Assembly: GCA_963718705.1 (NCBI GenBank)
Contig: OY970375.1
Coordinates: 3,461,701 to 3,525,700 of the forward strand
Reading direction: 5' to 3'
Source: Ilumatobacteraceae bacterium
GTDB taxonomy: Bacteria; Actinomycetota; Acidimicrobiia; Acidimicrobiales; Ilumatobacteraceae
DNA length: 64,000 nucleotides
The translations under genes and the position numbers were made by a program. Below the pieces are notes generated by a model that worked only from the letters and a program-made list of their open reading frames with translations, had not been told where the DNA came from and did no database searches. Numbering within the stretch: position 1 is the first letter of the stretch; each line of letters starts with the position of its first letter. Below, in pieces: positions 21,378-30,962 of the stretch.

Positions 21378-22829
21378 ATGGCTGAGCTGCGCTGGGGCGC
21401 CGCCACCCACGAGGGCCAGGTCCGCCCCCAGAACGAGGACCACCACCACGCCGATGCCCACCTGTTCGTGGTCGCCGACGGGATGGGCGGCCACCTCGCC
21501 GGCGAGGTCGCCAGCGAGCTCGCCGTGCAGCGCCTCGACACCCGGATCCCCGACGACCACTTGGCGACGCGAGACGACCTCGTGGCGGCCGTCAACGAGG
21601 CCAACGTCGAGATCTACAACGCCTCACTGACCAACCCGGAACAGACCGGCATGGGCACCACGATCACCGCCATCGCCGTGATCGACGACCCGCACGACGG
21701 CGAATCCCTGGCGATCGCCAACGTCGGCGACTCGCGCACCTACGTGCTGCGCCATGGGCGGTTGCGCCAGGTCACGATCGATCACAGCTTCGTGCAGGAG
21801 CTGGTCGCCGAAGGCGCGATCACCCGCGACGAGGCCCGCCATCACCCGCGCCGCAACATCGTCACCCGGGCGCTCGGCATCGAGCCGCAGGTTCGGGTCG
21901 ACTCGTGGACGATGCCGATCATCCGCGGCGACCGGTTCCTGCTGTGCAGCGACGGGCTGGTCGACGAGGTCCACGACGACATCATCCAGGGGATCCTGAT
22001 CGGCCACCCCGACGACCCGGGCGCCGCCGCCCAAGCCTTGGTCGACGCCGCCAACCAGGCCGGCGGCCGCGACAACGTCACGGCGATCGTGGTCGATGTG
22101 CTCGACGGCGACGACCCGCCCGACCCGACCGAGGAATTCGACGTGATCCCGGTCTGGAGCGACGGCGATCTCGACGACACCGACGAACATCCGGTCGAGG
22201 CCGGCGCCGACGATCTGGCCGCCGGCCTGGCGGCGATGACCGACGCTCCGGTCACGCCCGCCGTTGCGACAGTGGCCCAGTCCAAGCAGTCCAAACAGGC
22301 CGAGAAGCAGGCCAAGACGCAGATCAAGCGGTCCGAGAAGCAGGCCAAGCAGTCGGGGCGCGTCAACGCCGTCGAATCGGCGGTGCCGACGTCGCCTCGG
22401 TCAGGTGCGTCACGAGGTTCCCGGCTGGCGCGGGTGGTGCTCGGGCTGGGGGTGGCGGCGGTGCTCGTGCTCGGGTTCGCGATCCTCGCCGCCTGGGCCC
22501 GCAGCGGCTACTACGTCGACTTCGACGACACCGACACGGTGGCGGTGTTCCAAGGTCGCACCGACGGCGTGTTGTGGTTCGACCCCACGCTCGAGGCACC
22601 GACCGTGATCACACGCGACGAGCTCTCGACCGAACAGGTCGACCTCGTCGAACAACGGTTCCGGTGGGCGTCGCAGGCCGAGGCGATCACCTTCATCCGC
22701 AACAACCTGGCGCCCGCCCCCGCACCGTCCGAGTCCGTGGGCGGCACCCAGGTCTCGACGACCACCACCCCCCGATCGACCACGACCAGCACCGTCGCGG
22801 GCCCGGTGGTGACCACGGCCGGAGGCTGA
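21378..22829 (+). CDS. pstP: PP2C-family Ser/Thr phosphatase PstP
   Basis: PP2C motifs (HEGQVRPQNEDHH…FVVADGMGGHLAGEVAS), a TM segment, then an extracellular Ser/Thr-rich tail. Confidence 0.9.
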   Translation: MAELRWGAATHEGQVRPQNEDHHHADAHLFVVADGMGGHLAGEVASELAVQRLDTRIPDDHLATRDDLVAAVNEANVEIYNASLTNPEQTGMGTTITAIAVIDDPHDGESLAIANVGDSRTYVLRHGRLRQVTIDHSFVQELVAEGAITRDEARHHPRRNIVTRALGIEPQVRVDSWTMPIIRGDRFLLCSDGLVDEVHDDIIQGILIGHPDDPGAAAQALVDAANQAGGRDNVTAIVVDVLDGDDPPDPTEEFDVIPVWSDGDLDDTDEHPVEAGADDLAAGLAAMTDAPVTPAVATVAQSKQSKQAEKQAKTQIKRSEKQAKQSGRVNAVESAVPTSPRSGASRGSRLARVVLGLGVAAVLVLGFAILAAWARSGYYVDFDDTDTVAVFQGRTDGVLWFDPTLEAPTVITRDELSTEQVDLVEQRFRWASQAEAITFIRNNLAPAPAPSESVGGTQVSTTTTPRSTTTSTVAGPVVTTAGG

Positions 22830-22835
22830 ACGATG

Positions 22836-23025
22836 CGCCCCCGAGGTCGTGTGGCGCGCACCCGGCGGGCAGCCAACTGCACCAAAGCGGATTCACGACC
22901 ACCAGCGGACGCCAGCTGCACCAAAGCGAGTTCGCTCCCCGAGCAGTCGTCGCCCCCGTTTCTGAAATCCACCAAAGCGCACTGCCGACCACCGGTGGTC
23001 GCCGAAACGCTTTGGTGCACTTGGG
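22836..23025. repeat. cluster of about 38-bp repeat units with core TGCACCAAAGCG(G/A)(A/T)TTCACGACC…GGTGGTCGCC (3 direct, 1 inverted, plus an inverted cgaggtcgtgtggcgcgca arm)
   Basis: aactgcaccaaagcggattcacgaccaccagcggacgcc / agctgcaccaaagcgagttcgc… / aaatccaccaaagcgcactgccgaccaccggtggtcgcc / cgctttggtgcac. Related units occur at 24466-24552. Confidence 0.65.
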
Positions 23026-23062
23026 GCGCGGCAGGTGGGCCGGTCGGCCGGGGGTGGTGGCG

Positions 23063-24457
23063 ATGACGGCCACCCTCGTTCGCAGTCGGCGATCGGCGGA
23101 GTTGATGCTGATCGTGATGGCGGGCGCGATCGTCGGCGTCGCCTACACGCTCGCCTCGCTCGGGTCGAACGCCGTGATCCCGGCCCGGATCGGCCCGTTC
23201 CTGTTGCTGGTGCTCGTGCTGATCGGCGTCGCCCACATCGCCGTGCGGCTGCTGGCCCGAGGCGCCGACGGCACCCTGCTGCCGCTCGCCGTGATCCTGC
23301 ACGGGATCGGGTTCGTCATGATCTCGCGCCTCGACGAGCAGTTCGCCGCCCAACAGGCGCTGTGGAGCCTGGTGTCGATCGTGGCCTTCGTCGGGACGCT
23401 GCTGGTCGTGCAGCGCGCCACCGACTTGGCGCGTTACAAGTGGACGCTGCTGCTGGTCGGCGCCGGGCTGCTGCTGATGCCGATGGTGCCCGGGCTCGGA
23501 CGCAACGTCAACGGGGCCCGGATCTGGGTCGGGGTCGGGCCACTCGGGTTCCAACCAGGCGAGTTCGCCAAGCTGGCATTGGCGATCTTCTTCGCCGGAT
23601 ACCTCGCCGAACGGCGCGAGCTGATCGCCGCCTCGACGTGGAGGATCGGGCCGCTGCGGCTTCCCGAATGGCACCACTTCGCCCCGATCCTCGTGGCGTG
23701 GGGCTTCGCCGTGATGGTCATGGTCGGCGAGAAGGACCTCGGTTCGTCGCTGATGTTCTTCGCCCTGTTCGTCGTGATGCTGTGGGTGGCGACCGAGCGC
23801 GTCACGTACCTGATCCTCGGGGTGGTGCTGTTCGGCGCCGCCGCCTACATCTCGTGGCGGACATTCGGCCACGTGCAACGCCGCGTCGACGTGTGGCTGG
23901 ACCCGTGGAGCGACCAATACGACTCGGGTTGGCAGATCGTCCAGTCGCTGTTCGGGATCGGCGACGGCGGGCTCACGGGTACCGGGCTGGGGCGCGGCAA
24001 CCCGGGCAAGATCCCCTACGCCGAGAGCGACTTCATCTTCGCCGCGATCGGCGAGGAGATGGGATTGGCCGGCGCCACCGGCGTGCTGATCGCTTATTTG
24101 TTGTTGATCGGCAGCGGGCTGCGGGTGGCGCTGCGCACCGACCGCAGCTTCGAGAAGTTGCTCGCCACCGGCCTCACCACGATCGTCGGGATCCAGGCCT
24201 TCATCATCATCGGCGGGGTGATCAAGGTCGTGCCGTTGACCGGCATCACGCTGCCGTTCGTGAGCTACGGCGGATCGTCGCTGCTGGCCAACTACATGCT
24301 GCTGGCGATCCTGATCCGGCTCAGCGACACCAGCGCCCGCCGGCTCGGCGAACTCCCCGACGACCCCACGCCGCGCGAGCGGTGGTCCACCTGGCGCCTG
24401 CGTCGCTCGTACAAGCGGTCCGGCATGACCACCGCCCAACTGGACCAGGTCGAGTGA
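23063..24457 (+). CDS. rodA: SEDS-family peptidoglycan glycosyltransferase RodA (FtsW/RodA/SpoVE)
   Basis: Multi-TM protein with a conserved C-terminal region (…PLTGITLPFVSYGGSSLLANYMLLAILIRLS). Confidence 0.9.
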   Translation: MTATLVRSRRSAELMLIVMAGAIVGVAYTLASLGSNAVIPARIGPFLLLVLVLIGVAHIAVRLLARGADGTLLPLAVILHGIGFVMISRLDEQFAAQQALWSLVSIVAFVGTLLVVQRATDLARYKWTLLLVGAGLLLMPMVPGLGRNVNGARIWVGVGPLGFQPGEFAKLALAIFFAGYLAERRELIAASTWRIGPLRLPEWHHFAPILVAWGFAVMVMVGEKDLGSSLMFFALFVVMLWVATERVTYLILGVVLFGAAAYISWRTFGHVQRRVDVWLDPWSDQYDSGWQIVQSLFGIGDGGLTGTGLGRGNPGKIPYAESDFIFAAIGEEMGLAGATGVLIAYLLLIGSGLRVALRTDRSFEKLLATGLTTIVGIQAFIIIGGVIKVVPLTGITLPFVSYGGSSLLANYMLLAILIRLSDTSARRLGELPDDPTPRERWSTWRLRRSYKRSGMTTAQLDQVE

Positions 24458-24465
24458 TGCGAGGT

Positions 24466-24552
24466 CGTCGTGCGCGTGAAACGCCTTTGGTGCGCTTGGC
24501 GACCACCCGCGGTCGTGAATCCGCTTTGGTGCATTTCAACGGCGGTCGTTCA
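24466..24552. repeat. two inverted-orientation copies of the rodA-flanking 38-bp repeat unit (…cgctttggtgcattt, …cctttggtgcgc…)
   Basis: The reverse complement gives aaatgcaccaaagcggattcacgaccgcgggtggtcgcc and aagcgcaccaaaggcgtttcacgcgcacgacgacctcgc. Confidence 0.65.
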
Positions 24553-24557
24553 GGCGA

Positions 24558-26095
24558 ATGGTGGACCGCATGAACCGCAAGATCCGGCAGCTGGCGGTCG
24601 CCTTCATGGCGCTCTACATCACCTTGTTCGCGGCGCTCAACTACTGGCAGGTGGGGCGCACGGAGGAACTCGCCTCGCAACCCGCCAACACCCGCGCCCT
24701 CATCAAACAGTTCGACTCGCCACGCGGCCAGATCGTGACCGCTGATGGCGTGGTGATCGCCCGCTCCGTCCAGGTGCCCGGCGCGACCGACGTCAAGTAC
24801 CGCCGCGTGTATCCCACCAACGAACTGTTCGCCGACATCACCGGCTATTACACATTCGGGCTCGGCACGACCCAGCTCGAAAAGACCCAGTCCGACGTGT
24901 TGAGCGGCGACACGCTCACCCAACAGGTCCGTTCGCTCGGCACGTCGATCAACGACCAGTCGGGCGAAGTGCGGGTGACGCTTCGCAACGACATGCAGAA
25001 CGTCGCCAAGTTCCTGCTCGGCGATCGCGAAGGCTCGATCGTGTTGATGGAGATCGCCACCGGAGCGATCACGGCGATGTGGAGCTACCCCAGCTTCGAC
25101 CCCAACCAGGTTGCCGACACCGACTACAACGCCGCCTACGACTACATCACCCAGCTCCAGGCCGACGACCGCGACCCGCTGCTCGCCAACGCCTACCAGC
25201 AGCGCTACATGCCGGGCTCCACGTTCAAGGTGCTGACCACCGGCGCCGCACTCGACGCCGGCGTGGTGGCGATGGACAGCGTGTTCCCCGAGGAACGCGA
25301 GTCCTCCCACCCCAGACCAGCGACCCGATCACCAACTACAACGGGTCGCTGTGCGGCGGCGACTTCCCGACCGTGTTCGCCCGCTCCTGCAACACCCCGT
25401 TCGCACGGCTGGCGCTCGACCTCGGCCCCGACGGGTTCCAGCAGGGCATCGCCCGCTGGGGTGTGGGCGAGAAGCTCCCGATCGACCTGCCCGGCGCGGC
25501 CGCCAGCACGATCGGCGACTTCGACGGGATCGATCAGAACCTGCCCTTGCTGGCGATCCGCGGGTTCGGCCAGAACGACGACCAGATGGTGCCGCTCCAC
25601 ATGGCGATGGTGGCCGCCACCGTGGCCAACCACGGCGAGATGATGCGCCCCTACGTGGTCGACGCCGCGCTCGACCATGACGGCAACCTGCTCGACCGCA
25701 CCCAACCCGACGTGTGGAAGCGGCCGATCAGCCGCCAGACCGCCGACCTGCTGAGCGGGCTGATGCGGGGCGTGGCCGAGCGCGGCACCGCCAGCTGCTG
25801 CATCGCACTCGAGAACGGGATCAGCGTGGCCGCCAAGACCGGCACCGCCCAGCTCAACGGCCCGGGCGAACCGGAGCGATCGCATGCCTGGATCATGGCC
25901 TTCGCCCCGGTCGAGCAGCCCAAGTACGCCGTGGCAGTCATGCTCAAGGGCACCACGGCCGAGATCTCGGCCAGCACCGGCGGCAAGCTCGCCGGTCCGC
26001 TCGCCAAGGCGATGCTCGACGCCGTGTTCGAGATCGACCCACCGGCCGCCGCCCTCCCGGCCGCACCAGCACCCACGGAGCCACCCCAACCGTGA
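24558..26095 (+). CDS. pbpA: penicillin-binding protein PbpA (class B transpeptidase), single frameshift near 25300
   Basis: Frame 0 (24558-25310) ends …DSVFPEERE. The +2 frame continues VLPPQTSDPITNYNGSLCGG…AKTGTAQ (KTG motif). Junction lies in a cctcccacccc run. Confidence 0.85.
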
Positions 26096-26375
26096 CCCGA
26101 CCGCACACAGCACCGCACGCCCAGCGCACCGACCGCGTCGGTGGCGTCCACCGCGCCACCGGAGTCGATCCAGCCGTGACCACCCGATCCGAACGCCACC
26201 ATCCACATCACGCAGCTCGACGACACCCCGGGGACCACGCTCACCACGCTCGCCGGGCACACCACCCGTGCCGGCCGGCCGGCAACCGAGGACCGCTCAT
26301 GAACACGGACCTGCGTCGACGGTGGATATCCTGCTTCACCGGCTCCCGCCACGACGGCGGCCCGAGGCAACCACG

Positions 26376-28499
26376 ATGAGCAACAGCGGCGACGCCACGG
26401 TCACGATCAACGACCGCTACGAGATCCACAAGCGGATTGGCCGCGGTGGGATGGCCGACGTGTTCCTGGCGCGGGACAAACTGCTCGACCGCAGCGTGGC
26501 GATCAAGGTCCTGTTCCCCGAATTCGCGGTCGACCCCAACTTCGTCGAACGCTTCCGTCGCGAGGCCCAGGCGGCCGCCAACCTGAGCCACCCCAACATC
26601 GTCAACGTGTACGACTGGGGCAAGTACGAAGGCACCTACTTCATCGCCATGGAGTACGTGCAGGGTCGCACCCTCGCCGAGATCCTCAAGACCAACAAGC
26701 AGCTCACGCCCAAGCAGGCCGCCGAGATCGCCAGCGAGGTGGCGGCCGCCCTCGGCTTCGCCCACGAGGCCGGGCTGGCGCACCGCGACATCAAGCCCGC
26801 CAACATCCTGATCGGCACCAACGGCAACGTGAAGGTGGCCGACTTCGGGATCGCCCGGGCGATGAACGCCGGCACCGAGGCCAACCTCACCCAGGCCGGC
26901 TCCGTGATGGGCACCGCCTCGTACTTCTCGCCTGAGCAGGCCCAGGGCGCCCAGCCCGATCCGCGCAGCGACCTGTATTCGCTCGGGATCGTGATGTACG
27001 AGATGGTGGCCGGCAAGCCGCCGTTCACCGGCGAGAACCCGGTCTCGATCGCCTACAAGCAGGTCCACGACCAGCCCACGCCGCTCAACAAGCTGGTCGA
27101 GGGGATTCCACGCTCCTACGAGGCGATCGTCGCCAAGCTGCTCGCCAAGGACCCCAAGCTGCGCTACGCCAGCGCCCACGCGTTGCGAGACGACCTGCGC
27201 CGCTTCCGCAACGGCGAGCAGGTCCAGGCACTCGTCGCAGCCGCTGCCCGGCCGGGCACCCCGTCGGGTGGCATGACGCGCCCGATGACCACACCGGTCG
27301 ACACCACGCCCACCGTCGTGATGCCGGACCGCGGACCCTCGCCATCGCACCCGCCGATCCCCGGCGCACCCACCACCACCATGCCGCGCCAGCCGGGCCC
27401 CGACCTGAGCTACTACCCGCCCGGCGCTTCGTCGGAGGCCCGTTACTACCAGGACCATGCCTCGCGAACCGGCTGGTATGCGCTGGCGGCGTTCATCGCC
27501 CTGATCGCCCTCGCCGCCGGTGGGCTGCTGGTGTACCAGAGCCTCACCAAGGACGACGGGACCGCACAGCCGGGCGCATCACGCGTGCTCGACAACTACG
27601 TCGGCCAGACGTTGGAGTCGGTGACGGGTGCTCTCAAGGCGCTCGACCTGGCCTTCGAGCCGGTCCCCGAGCCCAACGCCACCGTCGCCGAAGGGTTCGT
27701 GCATCGCACCGATCCGGCGGCCGGCACGATCGTGGTCGAGGGCCAGGTCATCAAGTTGTTCTACAACCCGACCAAGGCGCTCGTGGCCGTCCCCAACGTG
27801 GCCGGCCGTTCGATCGAGGAGGCGCGCGACCTGCTCGGTCAGAGCGGGTTCCAGATCGTGGAGCAGCCCGAACAGAGCGACACCGTGATCGAAGGGCTCG
27901 TGATCCGCACCGATCCGTCGGCCAACACCAACGTGCCGCAGGAACAGGTGATCACGGTCTACGTGTCGAGCGGACCGAACCAGGTGTCGGTGCCGGCGAT
28001 CATCATCAACGTCCAGTCCGACGTCGCCCGTCAGACCCTCGAGTCGGCCGAGTTCGGGCTGCTGGTCGAGGTGCGCGAGCAGGTCGACCCCGTGATCCCT
28101 GCCGGTGTCGTGATCGGCTCGGAGCCTCCCCCCAACACGTTCGTGGACCGCGGCAGCACCGTCGTCCTGATCGTCAGCTCCGGCCCCGGCCAGGAGCGCG
28201 TGCCCCCGCTGGTCGGCCTCACCGAGGGCCAGGCGTTCAACCTGCTCACCGAGCGCGGCTTCAAACTCGACGTCACGTACAAGGAGTTGGCGCCCGGCGA
28301 CGCACGTGACGGCACCGTGCTGGAACAGAGCATCGCCCCCAGCACGCTGACCGACAAGGGCACCGTGATCGCCGTCGTGGTCGGCCAGGCGCGTGTGGCG
28401 CAGACCACCACGACCACGTCGACCACCACCACGACCACGACCACGCTGGCGCCGGAACCAACCGTGCCGCCGACCGCCCCACCGAGCGTCGCCCCCTGA
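26376..28499 (+). CDS. pknB: Ser/Thr protein kinase PknB with 4 PASTA domains
   Basis: Kinase subdomains (RIGRGGMADVFLARD…HRDIKPANIL…DFGIA), a TM segment and repeated PASTA modules. Confidence 0.9.
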   Translation: MSNSGDATVTINDRYEIHKRIGRGGMADVFLARDKLLDRSVAIKVLFPEFAVDPNFVERFRREAQAAANLSHPNIVNVYDWGKYEGTYFIAMEYVQGRTLAEILKTNKQLTPKQAAEIASEVAAALGFAHEAGLAHRDIKPANILIGTNGNVKVADFGIARAMNAGTEANLTQAGSVMGTASYFSPEQAQGAQPDPRSDLYSLGIVMYEMVAGKPPFTGENPVSIAYKQVHDQPTPLNKLVEGIPRSYEAIVAKLLAKDPKLRYASAHALRDDLRRFRNGEQVQALVAAAARPGTPSGGMTRPMTTPVDTTPTVVMPDRGPSPSHPPIPGAPTTTMPRQPGPDLSYYPPGASSEARYYQDHASRTGWYALAAFIALIALAAGGLLVYQSLTKDDGTAQPGASRVLDNYVGQTLESVTGALKALDLAFEPVPEPNATVAEGFVHRTDPAAGTIVVEGQVIKLFYNPTKALVAVPNVAGRSIEEARDLLGQSGFQIVEQPEQSDTVIEGLVIRTDPSANTNVPQEQVITVYVSSGPNQVSVPAIIINVQSDVARQTLESAEFGLLVEVREQVDPVIPAGVVIGSEPPPNTFVDRGSTVVLIVSSGPGQERVPPLVGLTEGQAFNLLTERGFKLDVTYKELAPGDARDGTVLEQSIAPSTLTDKGTVIAVVVGQARVAQTTTTTSTTTTTTTTLAPEPTVPPTAPPSVAP

Positions 28500-28512
28500 T
28501 CGACGCGCCCAC

Positions 28513-29202
28513 ATGCGCGAGCATGTCGGCATGTTGCTCGCAGCGCCGCCTGGCGGGATCGCCGATCCGGGTACCGGGTTCGCCGACCTCGAGCGCGCCC
28601 TCGAGTTGCTCGGGCTGTTCGTGTTCGCGATCTCCGGCGGCATGCTCGCCGTCCGCAAACGGTTCGAGGTGGTCGGCGTCACCAGCCTGGCGCTGGTCAC
28701 GGCGCTCGGCGGCGGGATCATGCGTGACCTCGTGCTGGGTGACACGCCACCGCGCGCCTTCCGGGACGTCGCCTATCTGATCGTGCCGCTCGCCGCCGCG
28801 CTGATCGTGTTCATCGGGCACTCGATCATCTCGGGCACGCTCCACCGGTCGGTGCTCGTGTTCGACGCAGCCGGGTTGGGGCTGTTCACCGTCACGGGGG
28901 CGGTCAAGGCGTCGGCCTACTCCACCACCGCCGTCGGTGCCGTGCTGCTGGGGGTCATCACCGCGATCGGAGGAGGGATCGTCCGCGACGTGCTCGCCAA
29001 CGACCAACCCCAGCTGTTCCAGGCCCACAGCCGTCTGTACGCGATCCCGGCTGCGGTCGGGGCGACGGTGATCGTGACCGCCGTGCGCCACGGTTGGTAC
29101 TCGGGTGGGATCGGCGCCGGCGTCGCACTCGTCGTGTTCGTGGTCCGGCTCGCCTCGCTCCAGTTCGGATGGCGGGCGCCCATGCCCTTCCGATCCGGCT
29201 GA
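28513..29202 (+). CDS. UPF0126/TRIC-like trimeric intracellular cation channel family membrane protein
   Basis: Duplicated GGGIMRD and GGGIVRD glycine-rich motifs with 6-7 TM helices. Confidence 0.7.
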   Translation: MREHVGMLLAAPPGGIADPGTGFADLERALELLGLFVFAISGGMLAVRKRFEVVGVTSLALVTALGGGIMRDLVLGDTPPRAFRDVAYLIVPLAAALIVFIGHSIISGTLHRSVLVFDAAGLGLFTVTGAVKASAYSTTAVGAVLLGVITAIGGGIVRDVLANDQPQLFQAHSRLYAIPAAVGATVIVTAVRHGWYSGGIGAGVALVVFVVRLASLQFGWRAPMPFRSG

Positions 29203-30267
29203 TCACCAGTCGATGTGCTGCCAAGCGTCGGGGTCGGGCGGGCCGTCGGTGACCCAGACCTCGAGACCTCCCGAGTTCTGCTCGACCGTGCACGCCGCGA
29301 ACGTGACGACGCCGTCGACCGCATCGCCACCAGGCGCATCGCCATCGGAAGTATCCGCGTCGACGGTGCGGCACACCGGTGGCATCTCGAGCAACTCACG
29401 CGTGCGCCGGCGTCCCCAGCCGGGCAGCTTCATGATCGGTTGCACGGCGTCCCAGCGCGCTTCGGATTCGGCGTCGTCTGGCTCGGGCAGGTAGCCGACC
29501 AAGGGGTGGTTGGTGTGCCATTGGCGCATCGAGCCTGGCATCACTTCGGCGATGCCGGCCGGCGAGCATTCGAGCGACACGAGCTGCTCCGACCCCGCTA
29601 CCAAGTAGTGCTGTCCGGTGGCGTGCGGTGTCGACCGCAACCACTCGGCGGCTTCGGTGACGGAGTCGGCGGCCAACGCGGCTCGCGTCATCAGCGCCAC
29701 CGGGAGTCCGTTGCGGACGGCGGGTACCTGGGCCAGGGCGTTCACGAGCACGGCGAAGCCGGCCTGGCTGACGCCCAGCAGCCCCACGCACCCGGCCATC
29801 GTGATCACGATCTCGGGTGGGCGGTCGGTGGCCTTGATCCGGAGCGCGGCCTGGGCGCCGGTGCGGAAGCGTTCCAGGTCCATCGTCTGCCCGCTCCACG
29901 TCTGGACGCCCGCCACGACGCCGTAGGAGGTGCAGCCCAAGCCAGGAGGCTGCGGCAGCCGGCGCGCCCGCAGTGCCGCCCACGACTCGTCCATCAGTTG
30001 CAGGAACCAGGCCTCGGCCGGCCGGATGCACGCCCCGTCGGAGAGCGCCGCGATCTCGTCGGCGAGGTCAGGCGTGAACTCCTCGGCGGTGGCGATGAAA
30101 CCCGATCCGCCGACGAGATCGTCGATGAACTCGTTCGGGTCGGCCACGCCGAGTTCGACCAGGCGGGCCGTCCACCGCTCCAGGTGGGCGGCGATCTCGT
30201 CGGTCAGGGCTCGGCCGTGCCCGAAGCCGATCGACTCGGGACTTCCGCTGAGGTCGACGATGTGCAC
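29203..30267 (-). CDS. C45-family peptidase / acyl-CoA:6-aminopenicillanic-acid acyltransferase-like protein
   Basis: Length and loose resemblance to the IAT/C45 family (…GCTSYGV… central Cys). Weak assignment. Confidence 0.4.
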   Translation of the reverse strand: MHIVDLSGSPESIGFGHGRALTDEIAAHLERWTARLVELGVADPNEFIDDLVGGSGFIATAEEFTPDLADEIAALSDGACIRPAEAWFLQLMDESWAALRARRLPQPPGLGCTSYGVVAGVQTWSGQTMDLERFRTGAQAALRIKATDRPPEIVITMAGCVGLLGVSQAGFAVLVNALAQVPAVRNGLPVALMTRAALAADSVTEAAEWLRSTPHATGQHYLVAGSEQLVSLECSPAGIAEVMPGSMRQWHTNHPLVGYLPEPDDAESEARWDAVQPIMKLPGWGRRRTRELLEMPPVCRTVDADTSDGDAPGGDAVDGVVTFAACTVEQNSGGLEVWVTDGPPDPDAWQHIDW

Positions 30268-30273
30268 GGCGCC

Positions 30274-30849
30274 TCAGCACCGCTCGAGGAAGTTGCGCAG
30301 CAGGTCGTGGCCGCATCCGGTGAGGATGCTCTCGGGGTGGAACTGCACACCCTCCACGTCGAACCGGCGGTGGCGGGCGCCCATCACCACCCCATCGGCG
30401 GTGCGGGCCGTGACCTCGAGCGTGTCGGGCACCGTGGCCGGGTCGAGCACGAGCGAGTGGTAGCGGGTGGCGGTCAGGGGCGACGGCAATCCGGCGAACA
30501 CGCCGACCCCGTCGTGCTCGACCGGCGACGTCTTGCCGTGCATCAACTGTGGTGCGCGCACCACGTCGGCGCCGTACACGTGGCCGATCGCCTGCAACCC
30601 GAGGCACACGCCGAACACCGGAACGCCTGCCTCGGCGAAGGCGGGGATCGCCTCGCAGATGATCCCCGACGTCTCGGGTCGGCCAGGACCGGGCGAGATC
30701 AGCACACCATCGGGGGCCAACTCGAGCGCTTCGGCGACCGTGATCCGGTCGTTGCGATGCACGATCGGATCGGCTCCGAGCTCGCCCAGGTATTGCACCA
30801 GGTTGTAGACGAACGAGTCGTAGGAGTCGATCACGAGGATCCGGGCCAC
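30274..30849 (-). CDS. trpG: glutamine amidotransferase, anthranilate/aminodeoxychorismate synthase component II
   Basis: MARILVIDSYDSFVYNLVQYL…GVCLGLQAIG…HPES, the class-I GATase triad. Confidence 0.85.
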   Translation of the reverse strand: MARILVIDSYDSFVYNLVQYLGELGADPIVHRNDRITVAEALELAPDGVLISPGPGRPETSGIICEAIPAFAEAGVPVFGVCLGLQAIGHVYGADVVRAPQLMHGKTSPVEHDGVGVFAGLPSPLTATRYHSLVLDPATVPDTLEVTARTADGVVMGARHRRFDVEGVQFHPESILTGCGHDLLRNFLERC

Positions 30850-30880
30850 TCGCCGATCCTACGGTCAGCTCCCCCGCCAA

Positions 30881-30915
30881 CACGTTCAAGTTGTGTCTGA
30901 CACAACTTGAACGTG
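30881..30915. repeat. 35-bp perfect palindrome cacgttcaagttgtgtc-t-gacacaacttgaacgtg (copy a of 5)
   Basis: Arms are exact reverse complements. Located 48 bp downstream of the flotillin stop and 32 bp upstream of the trpG start. Confidence 0.9.
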
Positions 30916-30962
30916 CGACGTACGATCGCGTGCATGCCCCGCGTCGAGTTCGCCGCTGTGCA

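Noticed and set aside
22511-24439. 642-aa minus-strand ORF antisense to rodA, and similar long antisense or shadow ORFs (19085-20173 +, 1596-2729 -, 12516-13778 -, 33689-34960 - N-terminal part, 49772-51415 + N-terminal part, 40486-42141 +)
   Set aside because: These are Arg, Pro and His-rich low-complexity translations typical of stop-poor antisense frames in 70% GC DNA. Each overlaps a well-supported gene on the other strand or frame.
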